A stretch of DNA of 32,499 nucleotides from Myxococcales bacterium (GCA_023248835.1 JAHFDU010000001.1:1-32499); one strand, 5' to 3'; positions 22,653-30,653 are shown, counted from the first letter of the stretch. Numbers and translations: made by a program. The notes: generated from the letters alone by a model not told the origin.

Positions 22653-23647
22653 TATTTCTTGCCCGCCCGAAAATCTTTGAGCAGCTGCTCGACCCGCAAA
22701 CGCCACTCGTGGGTGTACACCGACGGCTCGAGTTTGGAACGCAATGCCAGCGCCTGGGTTTCGAACTCTTTGACCATCTCCGGCGGCGACTCAACCACCT
22801 GAATGCCCGCCTGTTTGAGCGCGGCGAGCGATTTGACGTTTTCGGTGCGCACCTCTTTGAGTAGTTGTCCCTCGAGCTCGCGCGAATCGTTCACCAGCAC
22901 TTTTTTCTCGTCGGCCGAGAGCTTGTCAAAATCGCGTTTGGTGACCACCAGAGCGCCGATCGCCTGGCTGATGTGCATCGAAGTGACGTACTTCTCTTTG
23001 GTGTACCACTGCAGCGCCACCGTCGACAGCGGCGATCCATAGCAAGCATCAATCAGGCCGGTCTGCAGCGATGGCAATACGTCGGGAACCCCGAGTGGAA
23101 CGCCATGCGTGCCGAGCTGCTCAAACAGCGCTCGCACCAGCGGATCATCGACCCACGCCCACAGTTTGGTCTGCGCCAAATCGGCCTGCGACTTGAGCGG
23201 AATTTTTGAAAAGATGTGCACCGGCCCAACGTCGCCCCAAGCCAAAAAAATGTAGCCCTTGTCTTCAAATTTTTTTCGAATCTCAGCGTCGAGCTTGCCG
23301 CGCACAAAATCGAGCTCTTCGTAGCTGCGAATCATCATCGGCAGCTCGAGCACCCGCACTTCGCTCTGAATGAGGCCGAGCCCGATGGCAGTCACTGCGG
23401 CGCCATTGAGCCCACCCATGCGCATTTTGCGCACCGCATCGCGCTCATCGCCCGAGACGCCGCCGGGATAAAACTTAATTTTGATCTTATTGTCGGAGTG
23501 ATCTTCGACCGACTTTTGCCATTTCTTGAACGCGCGCATCCAAAACGACCCGTCCGGCGCCAGTGTTGCAATTTTTAGCACGGAGTCGGCACGAGCGACG
23601 CTAGCGATGAACAATAGACAACTCAAAACCAGGGCAAACCGCTTCAC
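22652..23647 (-). CDS. dctP: TRAP transporter substrate-binding protein (DctP family)
   Basis: GTG 23647 gives the signal peptide (M)KRFALVLSCLLFIASVARA. The body is DctP-like (LKIATLAPDGSFWMRAFKKWQKSVEDHSDNKIKIKFYPGGVSGDERDAVRKMRMGGLNGA). The ORF extension to 23776 translates repeat elements (..LSVLRQAQDER..). Confidence 0.9.
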   Translation of the reverse strand: MKRFALVLSCLLFIASVARADSVLKIATLAPDGSFWMRAFKKWQKSVEDHSDNKIKIKFYPGGVSGDERDAVRKMRMGGLNGAAVTAIGLGLIQSEVRVLELPMMIRSYEELDFVRGKLDAEIRKKFEDKGYIFLAWGDVGPVHIFSKIPLKSQADLAQTKLWAWVDDPLVRALFEQLGTHGVPLGVPDVLPSLQTGLIDACYGSPLSTVALQWYTKEKYVTSMHISQAIGALVVTKRDFDKLSADEKKVLVNDSRELEGQLLKEVRTENVKSLAALKQAGIQVVESPPEMVKEFETQALALRSKLEPSVYTHEWRLRVEQLLKDFRAGKK

Positions 23648-23655
23648 AGCCGATC

Positions 23656-23743
23656 GCCCTGAGCCTGTGTTTCGACTTCGCTCAACATAATCGGCAGAGC
23701 TTACTGCCCGCTCGTCCTGAGCCTGTCGAAGGACGCTCAGGAT
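23656..23743. repeat. Two tandem copies of the palindromic repeat family in the tatT-dctP gap
   Basis: GCCCTGAGCCTGTGTTTCGACTTCGCTCAAC (23656-23686, degenerate) and GTCCTGAGCCTGTCGAAGGACGCTCAGGAT (23714-23743, with an 8-bp stem TCCTGAGC/GCTCAGGA). The reverse complement carries the core CCTTCGACAGGCTCAGG. Confidence 0.6.
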
Positions 23744-23786
23744 AAGCGGTTCTAAATCTGTGCGCCCCGTTTTCATCTAGGTCTCC

Positions 23787-24710
23787 TTAGAAATAGTCTT
23801 CGGCATGCGCCAGGTATCGCACCGCGCGGCGTTTGGCAATTTGGTTGGCCAGCTTGTACTCGGGATAGATGTCTTCGGAAGCATCGATGACTTCTTTGAG
23901 CGTCTTGTCATAGAGTGCACGATCCTGCACCACCACCGCGTAGAAGCGCGCCATCATCACTTTGGCAAGCAGGAATTTCCCGTCGGTGGATGCGATCGCA
24001 TCCTCAAAATATTTCTTGGCCTGTTCGGGATTGCCGCCGATGGCTTTGCCTTGTGAGGAGTAGATGACGCCGAGCAGCATGGCGCCGCCGCCATTGTAAA
24101 ACTTCGGATTGAGTTCGTAGGCGCGCTTGATAAGCGCAATTGCTTTGGGAAGTTCAACGATGCGCGCCACGTCGTTGCGGTTGAGATTGATCGCCGATCC
24201 GAGTGCCATGCCAGCGTAAAACAGTCCCGCTACTGCCGCCTTATCAACATTCGCGGCAGCCGCTTCCACCGTCGCAGCATCCTTGCCGAACGCGGCGCCG
24301 AAATCGCGCGAATCAGCGGCAATGATCTTCATTGCGTATGCTCGCGCGCGATCGTAGTAGTCGGTGGCCCGCTTGGTGAGCTGGGCACGGCTGGCTTCGT
24401 GGGCGCTGTCGTCGGGTTGCGATTCGAGTTCGTCCTCGACAAAGCCGAAGGCGTACTCGATATAACCCTGGGCCACCAGCTCGAGCAGCTCGGGGGTATC
24501 CGGCGCGGCAGCCAAGAACCCTTCCACTGTTTTTAGTTGAGCCGGAGCCGCCTGTGCCGCGAGGATCAAGTCACCCTCGCGGTTGAACGATTGCGAAGCA
24601 ATCTTGAGCACCGGCGTCGTGGTATCAATCGCCAGCGATACTTTGAAGTGCTCGCATCCCGACAGGAGCAGGATCGCGACCGGGAACCAACTTGTTGCGT
24701 TTTTCAGCAT
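23787..24710 (-). CDS. TRAP-associated TPR lipoprotein (TatT / T-component family)
   Basis: Lipobox VAILLLSGC. An all-helical TPR-like body (AAPAQLKTVEGFLAAAPDTPELLELVAQGYIEYAFGFVEDE.., ALIKRAYELNPKFYNGGGAMLLGVIYSS). Lies directly upstream of dctPQM on the same strand. Family call is from memory of T. pallidum TatT. Confidence 0.7.
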   Translation of the reverse strand: MLKNATSWFPVAILLLSGCEHFKVSLAIDTTTPVLKIASQSFNREGDLILAAQAAPAQLKTVEGFLAAAPDTPELLELVAQGYIEYAFGFVEDELESQPDDSAHEASRAQLTKRATDYYDRARAYAMKIIAADSRDFGAAFGKDAATVEAAAANVDKAAVAGLFYAGMALGSAINLNRNDVARIVELPKAIALIKRAYELNPKFYNGGGAMLLGVIYSSQGKAIGGNPEQAKKYFEDAIASTDGKFLLAKVMMARFYAVVVQDRALYDKTLKEVIDASEDIYPEYKLANQIAKRRAVRYLAHAEDYF

Positions 24711-24767
24711 GGCGCCGCACCCTACAGAACGTGCATCATCAGGTCAAGTGTCGAAACGCCGCCTTGG

Positions 24768-24796
24768 TTGACACATTGATCTGAGCGCGATAATCG
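24768..24796 (+). promoter_or_regulatory. Candidate promoter (TTGACA ... GATAAT/TAATCG) for the cupredoxin-like lipoprotein / cta cluster
   Basis: Perfect -35 TTGACA at 24768-24773. A-T rich -10 candidates lie at 24789-24796 (spacing 15-17). GAGGAGA RBS precedes the ATG at 24813. Confidence 0.3.
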
Positions 24797-24812
24797 TTGC
24801 GCCGAGGAGATC

Positions 24813-25589
24813 ATGCCGACCATCATCGTTGTCCTACTTGCGACCCTGCTCAGTGCTTGCGAAGATACTACTCTGCCCACTCCCGCACCGATCGCCACAC
24901 CGGTCGCGAAGATAGCACTGCCGCCAGCGCCACCGGCAGGACCCAAAGGAAGCATCAAGGGCAGCGTTCCCTATGGCGGCAAGATCGCGCCGCGTCCTGA
25001 CGTGCAGCACAATTTCGATCCCTACTGCAACCGGCTCAAGCTCAAGGAGGAAGAGCTGGTGGTGAACCAAAACCACACGCTGAAGAACGTCTTTGTCCAC
25101 GTGCTGGGCGCGCCCGCTGCGCCGCCGCCGCAGGAGACGGCCACGCTTCTGCAATCCAAATGTGTTTATCAGCCGCGGGTGCAAGGTGTCGTCGTCGGTC
25201 AAACGCTTTCGGTCCGCAACTTCGACGAAGTGATGCACAACGTGCACGCATTTGGCGACGCGTCATCGCTATTCAACCGAGCGCAGATCCCGCACGCTCC
25301 GAGCGGAAACATTGACGAGAAGTTTGGCGAGCCAAACAAGCTCGTCAAATTCAAGTGCGACATTCATCCTTGGATGAGCGCATACGCGTGGGTCGAGCCG
25401 AATGCACTTTTTGCGGTCAGCGACGCCAGCGGAAATTTTGAAATCAAAGACGTTCCCGAGGGGAAATACCAGATCGAGGCGTGGCATGAGACACTCGGCA
25501 CCAAAAAACAATCGGTGACGGTGGTGCCGAACAAGGCAAGTGAAATCAAGTTCGACTTCACCGGTCACGAGGGATTCGGTAAAATGTAA
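24813..25589 (+). CDS. Lipoprotein with cupredoxin-like copper-site motif and carboxypeptidase-regulatory-like domain
   Basis: Lipobox LLATLLSAC. Candidate type-1 Cu ligands HNVH .. CDIHPWM. The C-terminal FAVSDASGNFEIKDVPEGKYQIEAWHETLG is CarboxypepD_reg-like. Confidence 0.7.
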   Translation: MPTIIVVLLATLLSACEDTTLPTPAPIATPVAKIALPPAPPAGPKGSIKGSVPYGGKIAPRPDVQHNFDPYCNRLKLKEEELVVNQNHTLKNVFVHVLGAPAAPPPQETATLLQSKCVYQPRVQGVVVGQTLSVRNFDEVMHNVHAFGDASSLFNRAQIPHAPSGNIDEKFGEPNKLVKFKCDIHPWMSAYAWVEPNALFAVSDASGNFEIKDVPEGKYQIEAWHETLGTKKQSVTVVPNKASEIKFDFTGHEGFGKM

Positions 25590-25590
25590 G

Positions 25591-25637
25591 CCCTTCGGCC
25601 CTTCGGCAAGCTCAAGGCTCAGGATGAGCCGGTACGG
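25591..25637. repeat. Degenerate copy of the palindromic repeat family
   Basis: CCCTTCGGCCCTTCGGCAAGCTCAAGGCTCAGGATGAGCCGGTACGG lies between the lipoprotein stop and the ctaA start. Its core CCTTCGGCAAGCTCAAGG has 2 mismatches to CCTTCGACAAGCTCAGG. Confidence 0.45.
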
Positions 25638-25660
25638 TTGCTCAAAGTCATGGAGGTGTA

Positions 25661-26578
25661 ATGTCGATCCATCGCCTGGTTCTGGTTCTGTGTGGTTTGA
25701 CGTTTGTGTTGGTGCTCATGGGCGGGTTGGTGCACAACACCCACTCGTCCCTCGCTTGCCCGGACTGGCCGCTGTGTGACGGCCAAGTGTTTCCTAAGAT
25801 GGTCGGCGGGGTGCTGGTCGAGCACAGCCACCGCTTGGTCGCCGGCGCAGTGACACTGTCGACGCTGGGACTGTTGATCGCCCTTGGTTACAAGTCGCAA
25901 CGCGCCAGGCGGCGACGATGGGTCATCCTTGGCGCGATTGCGCTTGCCTGCGTGGCGTTTCAGGCGGTTCTGGGCGGCCTCACCGTGCTCTATCGTTTGC
26001 CCACGATCATTTCCACCACGCACTTGGCTGTGTCGATGATCTTTTTTTCGATTTTGATCTATCTGGCGATCGCACTGCGTCCGAGTGCCGACCGAAAGCC
26101 TTTGCCGCCCCGGATTCAGCGCCTCACCGCAATCACTGCTCTAGCGATTTATCTCCAGATGGTGCTAGGCGCGTTGGTGCGTCATTTGGGCGGCGGCCTG
26201 GCGTGCACCGATTTGCCGCTCTGCCACGGACAGTGGTGGCCATCGAACGCGCATCCGATTATCTTGCTCCATATGCTTCATCGCTACTTTGCACTCGGCG
26301 TCGTTGCGCTGGTATGCGCTACTTCATTCTATGTCTACCGTCGCGCCTCCACTGGCAGCGTGCGACTGCTGGCGATCGCAGCTCCCCTGCTGGCGCTCGG
26401 CCAAGTCGGTCTCGGCGTCCTTTCGGTTTATAGCCTGCTCGATGTTGCACCAGTGACTGCGCATCTCGGAATCGCCGCGTTGTTGCTCGGAGATTTCGTA
26501 CTATTGCATCTGCTGTCGCGCGGGCCGCTTCAACAAGCGCCAGCAATGCAACAGGATCACGCGGAGCTCGCAGCGTGA
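25661..26578 (+). CDS. ctaA: Heme A synthase (COX15/CtaA family)
   Basis: GGAGG RBS. Cys pairs CPDWPLC and CTDLPLC. His-containing helices (VEHSHRLVAG, TTHLAVS, LVRHLGG, LHMLHRYFA). Eight TM segments. Confidence 0.9.
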   Translation: MSIHRLVLVLCGLTFVLVLMGGLVHNTHSSLACPDWPLCDGQVFPKMVGGVLVEHSHRLVAGAVTLSTLGLLIALGYKSQRARRRRWVILGAIALACVAFQAVLGGLTVLYRLPTIISTTHLAVSMIFFSILIYLAIALRPSADRKPLPPRIQRLTAITALAIYLQMVLGALVRHLGGGLACTDLPLCHGQWWPSNAHPIILLHMLHRYFALGVVALVCATSFYVYRRASTGSVRLLAIAAPLLALGQVGLGVLSVYSLLDVAPVTAHLGIAALLLGDFVLLHLLSRGPLQQAPAMQQDHAELAA

Positions 26579-27492
26579 AAACAGCGTCGCTGACGGAGAT
26601 GCAAGTAGCGCCGGCGCACCCGCTCGGCGCGCTCGGTTTTGTGCGCGACGTCATCGCGCTGGGAAAGCCGCGCATTACCTTCATGGTGCTCTGCACCACC
26701 GCCGGTGGCTATTTTCTCGCCCCGGCGGCGCACCCGCTGCAGCGGTTTTGTTGGCTGATGCTCGGTATGTCGATCGTTGTCGCCGCCGCCAACACGCTCA
26801 ACATGTACCTTGAACGCGACGTCGATGCGCTGATGGAGCGCACCCGCTACCGCCCGCTGCCGGCGCGCCGTCTGCCACCGCAAGTAGCGCTGGTGCTGGG
26901 TCTCGGCGCAGCTGGAGTCGCGGTGCCACTCTTGACCTTCCTGGTCAACGCCACCGTGGGCCTCTGCGCCGCGATTTCGTTGCTCTTGTATGTGCTCGCC
27001 TACACGCCGATGAAACGAATCTCGACCGTAGCACTGCTGGTCGGTGCGGTGCCGGGCGCCATGCCTCCACTCATCGGATTTGCCGCGGCCAACGAAGCGA
27101 TCGATCTCGGCGGCCTCAGTCTATTTTGGATTCTGTTTTTCTGGCAGCTACCGCACTTCATTGCGATCTCGCTGTTTCGTAAATCTGACTACGACGCGGC
27201 TGGTCTGAAGATCGTGCCCACCGAGTCGGGGCTCGGCGGCGCCAAGTGGCGAATCGTGGTCTACACCGTGCTGCTGGTCGTTGCCTCGGTGGATGTATTT
27301 CGGCGCGGCCTCTCTGGACCTATCTATCTCGGTTCAGCGCTGCTGCTCGGGCTGGCTTTCTTGATTCTGGCGCTCGCGGGAATGCGCGCACATACCCCCC
27401 GCCGTGTCGAACGTTGGGCGCGGCTGTTGTTTATTTATTCTCTTTTATATCTGCCGGCACTTTTCGCCGCCCTGCTCATCGGTCGCGCATGA
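26575..27492 (+). CDS. ctaB: Protoheme IX farnesyltransferase (heme O synthase)
   Basis: GTGA overlap with ctaA. KPRITFMVLCTTAGGYFLA, NMYLERDVDALMERTRYRPLP, YTPMKRIS and FFWQLPHFIAISL are UbiA-family heme O synthase motifs. Confidence 0.95.
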   Translation: MKTASLTEMQVAPAHPLGALGFVRDVIALGKPRITFMVLCTTAGGYFLAPAAHPLQRFCWLMLGMSIVVAAANTLNMYLERDVDALMERTRYRPLPARRLPPQVALVLGLGAAGVAVPLLTFLVNATVGLCAAISLLLYVLAYTPMKRISTVALLVGAVPGAMPPLIGFAAANEAIDLGGLSLFWILFFWQLPHFIAISLFRKSDYDAAGLKIVPTESGLGGAKWRIVVYTVLLVVASVDVFRRGLSGPIYLGSALLLGLAFLILALAGMRAHTPRRVERWARLLFIYSLLYLPALFAALLIGRA

Positions 27493-28418
27493 GCGAGATG
27501 CTGCTCGAGCTCGATTCGTTGCGGCGCAGCTTTGGCAAACGCGTCGCCGTCGACAATCTTTCGCTGTCGATTCGGCGCGGCGAGATCTTCGGATTGCTCG
27601 GCCCAAATGGCGCGGGAAAATCAACCGCGTTTCACCTTCTCACCGGCCTGCTCGCGGCCGACTCCGGCCAGGTGATTTTCGACGGGGTCGCACTTTCGCC
27701 CACCGATCCGCGACTGCGTCGCCGGCTCGGGGTGGTGTTTCAGGAGCCCAGTCTCGACGACAAATTGACCGGGCTAGAAAACCTTCAGCTCGGAGCCGCA
27801 CTCTACGGATTGCGTGGTCGTCACGCAGCGAAGCGCATCGCCGAAATGAGCGCGCTGGTGGAGCTGACTGATCGTCTTCACGATCCAGTCGAACAGTACT
27901 CGGGCGGCATGAAGCGGCGCCTCGAAATCGCGCGCGTGCTGCTGCATCGCCCAGATATGCTGATCCTCGACGAGCCCGGGCGCGGCATCGATCAACCAAC
28001 GCAGCGACGCATTTGGGAACAATTGATCGAGCTCAACCGTCGCGAAAAACTCACCGTGCTTTTGACCACGCATCAGCCTGACGAAGCCGAACATTGCCAC
28101 CGTTTGGCGATTCTCGACGAAGGACGCCTCATCGCCTGCGACTCACCAGATGCGCTCAAGCGTTGCGTCGGGGGCGACGTGATTGCGCTCGAGTCCGAGC
28201 ACTTGGACCAAATTTGGCCAATCGTACAGCGCGATTTCTCTACCGCGCGCCGGATCGAAAACCAGATCGTGGTCGAAGTCCCGCGTGGCCATGAAGTCAT
28301 TCCTCGGCTGGTGGAAAAACTTCCCGCCGGCGTGTTGCGCTCGGTCGAGTTGCGTCGCCCGACGCTGGGAGACGTGTTTTTGCATTTGACCGGCCGCGGT
28401 CTAGGAGCTACGGCATGA
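27489..28418 (+). CDS. ABC transporter ATP-binding protein
   Basis: ATGA overlap with the ctaB stop. Walker A GPNGAGKST, Q-loop VFQEPSL, signature YSGGMKRRLEIA, Walker B MLILDEP, H-loop TTHQPDEAE. The ORF extension to 27246 overlaps ctaB and is discounted. Confidence 0.95.
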   Translation: MSEMLLELDSLRRSFGKRVAVDNLSLSIRRGEIFGLLGPNGAGKSTAFHLLTGLLAADSGQVIFDGVALSPTDPRLRRRLGVVFQEPSLDDKLTGLENLQLGAALYGLRGRHAAKRIAEMSALVELTDRLHDPVEQYSGGMKRRLEIARVLLHRPDMLILDEPGRGIDQPTQRRIWEQLIELNRREKLTVLLTTHQPDEAEHCHRLAILDEGRLIACDSPDALKRCVGGDVIALESEHLDQIWPIVQRDFSTARRIENQIVVEVPRGHEVIPRLVEKLPAGVLRSVELRRPTLGDVFLHLTGRGLGATA

Positions 28419-29320
28419 CCGAACAAGTTCTCACGCTTGAGACGCCAGCCGCCCCAACCCCCGCTCATGCTGAGCGTCCTTCGACAGGGTCACGACGCCC
28501 CTTCGACAAGCTCAGGGCAGACGGAGGGTTGTGGCGACTCAATTGGGCCACTGTTTCGGTGCTGGTGGTACGCGATCTCAAGCGTTTTTTTCGTCAGAAG
28601 AGTCGCGTCATCGGCGCACTGGTTCAGCCGGTGATTTTCTGGCTGGTGATCGGCAGCGGCCTCGGCGCTTCGTTTCGCATTCCGGGCGCGGAGCAGGTCA
28701 GCTACGTGCAGTATTTTTTTCCTGGCATCGTCATGCTGGTGGTGCTTTTCACTTCGATCTTCACCACCATGTCGGTGATCGAAGATCGTCACAAAGGTTT
28801 CTTGCAGGCGGTGCTGGTGGCTCCCTCGTCGCGGGTCGCGTTGGTGCTCGGCAAAACGCTTGGAGGCGTAGCGATCGCGCTGTGCCAAGCCGCCCTGTTT
28901 TTGACCCTGATGTTCTTCGCCGGCTACCACCCGCGAACAGTTGACTGGCCGCTGTGCGTCGCCATTCTACTGTTCGCATCGATTGGGCTTTCGTCTTTCG
29001 GCTTCGCCATCGCCTGGTGGCTCGACTCGACGCAGGGCTATCACGTGGTGATGAGCGTGCTGCTTTTACCCCTCTGGATCTTGTCGGGCGCGATGTTTCC
29101 GCTGCGCGGCGCGTCGCCTATTATCGGTTGGTTGATGCGCGGCAATCCCATGGCCTATATCGTCAGCGGCTTGCGTCGCGCGCTTTCGGCGGAGCAGTTC
29201 TCCGCGATCAGCGAAGCGAGCTCATCGGTGACACTCGAATTGACCGTGGTGATTGGGTTCGCTGCAGTGGCACTTGCGCTCGCGGTGTTTTCATGCACCG
29301 GTAAGAGACGCAAACCATGA
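28415..29320 (+). CDS. ABC-2 type transporter permease (alternative start TTG 28529)
   Basis: Six TM helices and an ABC-2 N-terminal pattern (VVRDLKRFFRQKSRVIGALVQPVIFWLVIG). ATG 28415 overlaps the ATPase stop (ATGA), but codons 17-37 are encoded by the repeat element. In-frame TTG 28529 would give a typical N-terminus, MWRLNWATVSVLVVRDLKRF. Confidence 0.9.
   Translation: MTEQVLTLETPAAPTPAHAERPSTGSRRPFDKLRADGGLWRLNWATVSVLVVRDLKRFFRQKSRVIGALVQPVIFWLVIGSGLGASFRIPGAEQVSYVQYFFPGIVMLVVLFTSIFTTMSVIEDRHKGFLQAVLVAPSSRVALVLGKTLGGVAIALCQAALFLTLMFFAGYHPRTVDWPLCVAILLFASIGLSSFGFAIAWWLDSTQGYHVVMSVLLLPLWILSGAMFPLRGASPIIGWLMRGNPMAYIVSGLRRALSAEQFSAISEASSSVTLELTVVIGFAAVALALAVFSCTGKRRKP
28466..28524. repeat. 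Composite copy of the palindromic repeat family at the ABC ATPase/permease junction
   Basis: CATGCTGAGCGTCCTTCGACAGGGTCACGACGCCCCTTCGACAAGCTCAGGGCAGACGG contains the core twice: CCTTCGACAGGGTCACG (degenerate) and CCTTCGACAAGCTCAGG (exact). Confidence 0.6.
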
Positions 29321-29940
29321 GTGAGGAGATCGTGAAACGTCCTTTTGCCTGGCTGTTTTTTGCCGGGGCGTTGCTGAGCGTGCCGCTGATGGCGACGTTA
29401 CACAGGACGCCCGCTCAATCGTTACCGCGCTTCGCCGAGCTGCCCGCCTTCTCTCTCGTTGATGAGCAGGGCAAACCCTTTTCTCGCCACCATCTCGACG
29501 GGCACGTTTGGATCGTCGACTTTGTCTTCACCACCTGCTCATCGATCTGTCCGCGCCTCACCACTGAGATGCAGCGGCTTACCGTCAAGAGCAGTGAGGA
29601 GGCCGATTTGCGTTTCGTATCAATCTCGGTAGACCCTGAGCACGACTCCCCAGAGAAATTGCGCGCCTATGGGCAAAGTTTTGGCGCCGATTTCAAGCGC
29701 TGGCGATGGCTCACAGGATCCGCGACCGAAATCGAAAACACTGTCGTCAGCGGCTTCAAAATGGCGCTCAGCAAAGAGCCGATTGCGGGCACCGATACCT
29801 TCAACATCTTGCACTCATCTAAATTCGTTCTGGTCGATGGGCGCGGTTTTCTGCGCGGCTTTTACGACTCAAACTCTCCAACCGAACGCGACACCCTTTT
29901 GCACGACGCACGAACCTTGATTGAAAAGGGTGGTTTTTGA
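29317..29940 (+). CDS. SCO1/SenC family copper chaperone (thioredoxin fold)
   Basis: ATGA overlap with the permease stop. N-terminal TM anchor. WIVDFVFTTCSSICPRLT (CxxxC), ISVDPEHDSPEKLRAY, and the conserved His in FNILHSSKFVLVDGRG. Confidence 0.9.
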   Translation: MSEEIVKRPFAWLFFAGALLSVPLMATLHRTPAQSLPRFAELPAFSLVDEQGKPFSRHHLDGHVWIVDFVFTTCSSICPRLTTEMQRLTVKSSEEADLRFVSISVDPEHDSPEKLRAYGQSFGADFKRWRWLTGSATEIENTVVSGFKMALSKEPIAGTDTFNILHSSKFVLVDGRGFLRGFYDSNSPTERDTLLHDARTLIEKGGF

Positions 29941-30365
29941 CCGGGCTCAGTCACACCATGGCGGCGTTCAACGCCACGCTCAATGGCTGCTCTGCCGTTC
30001 TATTGCTGTGCGGATTCATCGCCATTAGCAATCGCCGACCTGACATTCACAAGCGCTGCATGTTCACCGCATTTGTCGTCTCGTGCATTTTTCTGGTGAG
30101 CTATTTGGTGCGCATCGTACTGTTCGGCACTCACTACTATCCCGGGCACGGCGCCTGGAAAGCGATTTATTACGTCGTGCTATTTTCGCACATGACCTTG
30201 GCCGCCACTACGCCGCCGTTGGTGGTTCGCGCCCTGTATCTCGCGCTCAAACAGCGCCTACCTGAGCACCGCCGCATCGTCCGCTTCGCGCTGCCAGTGT
30301 GGGGTTATGTTTCAGTCACCGGCGTGCTCGTATATTTGTTGCTGTATCACCCCCCGCTGCCATAG
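29937..30365 (+). CDS. DUF420 (CtaM-like) membrane protein
   Basis: FNATLNGCSAVLLLCGFIAI.., HKRCMFTAFVVSCIFLVSYLV, AIYYVVLFSHMTLAATTPPLV, HRRIVRFALPVWGYVSVTGVLVYLLLY. The start is either TTG 29937 (overlapping the SCO1 stop) or ATG 29958. Confidence 0.85.
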   Translation: MTGLSHTMAAFNATLNGCSAVLLLCGFIAISNRRPDIHKRCMFTAFVVSCIFLVSYLVRIVLFGTHYYPGHGAWKAIYYVVLFSHMTLAATTPPLVVRALYLALKQRLPEHRRIVRFALPVWGYVSVTGVLVYLLLYHPPLP

Positions 30366-30638
30366 CGGCCAGTGCATCCACTCCGGAAATTGCATCGCAA
30401 AATCGGCGCCGAGTGCTTTCATGGGCAGGGGCGCCCGGAAGTCGTCGTTGATTCGCGCTTCGCGATTCTTACCACCGCCGATAGCCAACAGCTGACAGCT
30501 GACAGTGGAGAAAAATCGCAAATCGCGTTGACCCTCCCGTAAATTCGCTCTTGAAAGGAGAACTAGAGTAGGTGGTTTCATGACGGACGGAAAACGAAAA
30601 AGTGTTAAGTCGCTTTTTCAGTACGGGCGTTGCGGTCG

Positions 30639-30647
30639 TGCTATAAT
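30639..30647 (+). promoter_or_regulatory. Candidate extended -10 promoter TGCTATAAT
   Basis: TG at 30639-30640, C, then a perfect TATAAT at 30642-30647. The -35 region is poor (CAGTAC). Confidence 0.35.
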
Positions 30648-30653
30648 AGAAAC

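Noticed and set aside
23648-23776. N-terminal 43 codons of the dctP ORF (MKTGRTDLEPLILSVLRQAQDERAVSS..).
   Set aside because: This stretch is encoded by two copies of the palindromic repeat. A GTG at 23647 gives a normal signal peptide, so the extension is judged to be an ORF-calling artefact.
27246-27488. Upstream 81 codons of the ABC ATPase ORF.
   Set aside because: They overlap the 3' end of ctaB out of frame. ATG 27489 overlaps the ctaB stop and is followed after about 30 residues by Walker A, as expected for the family.
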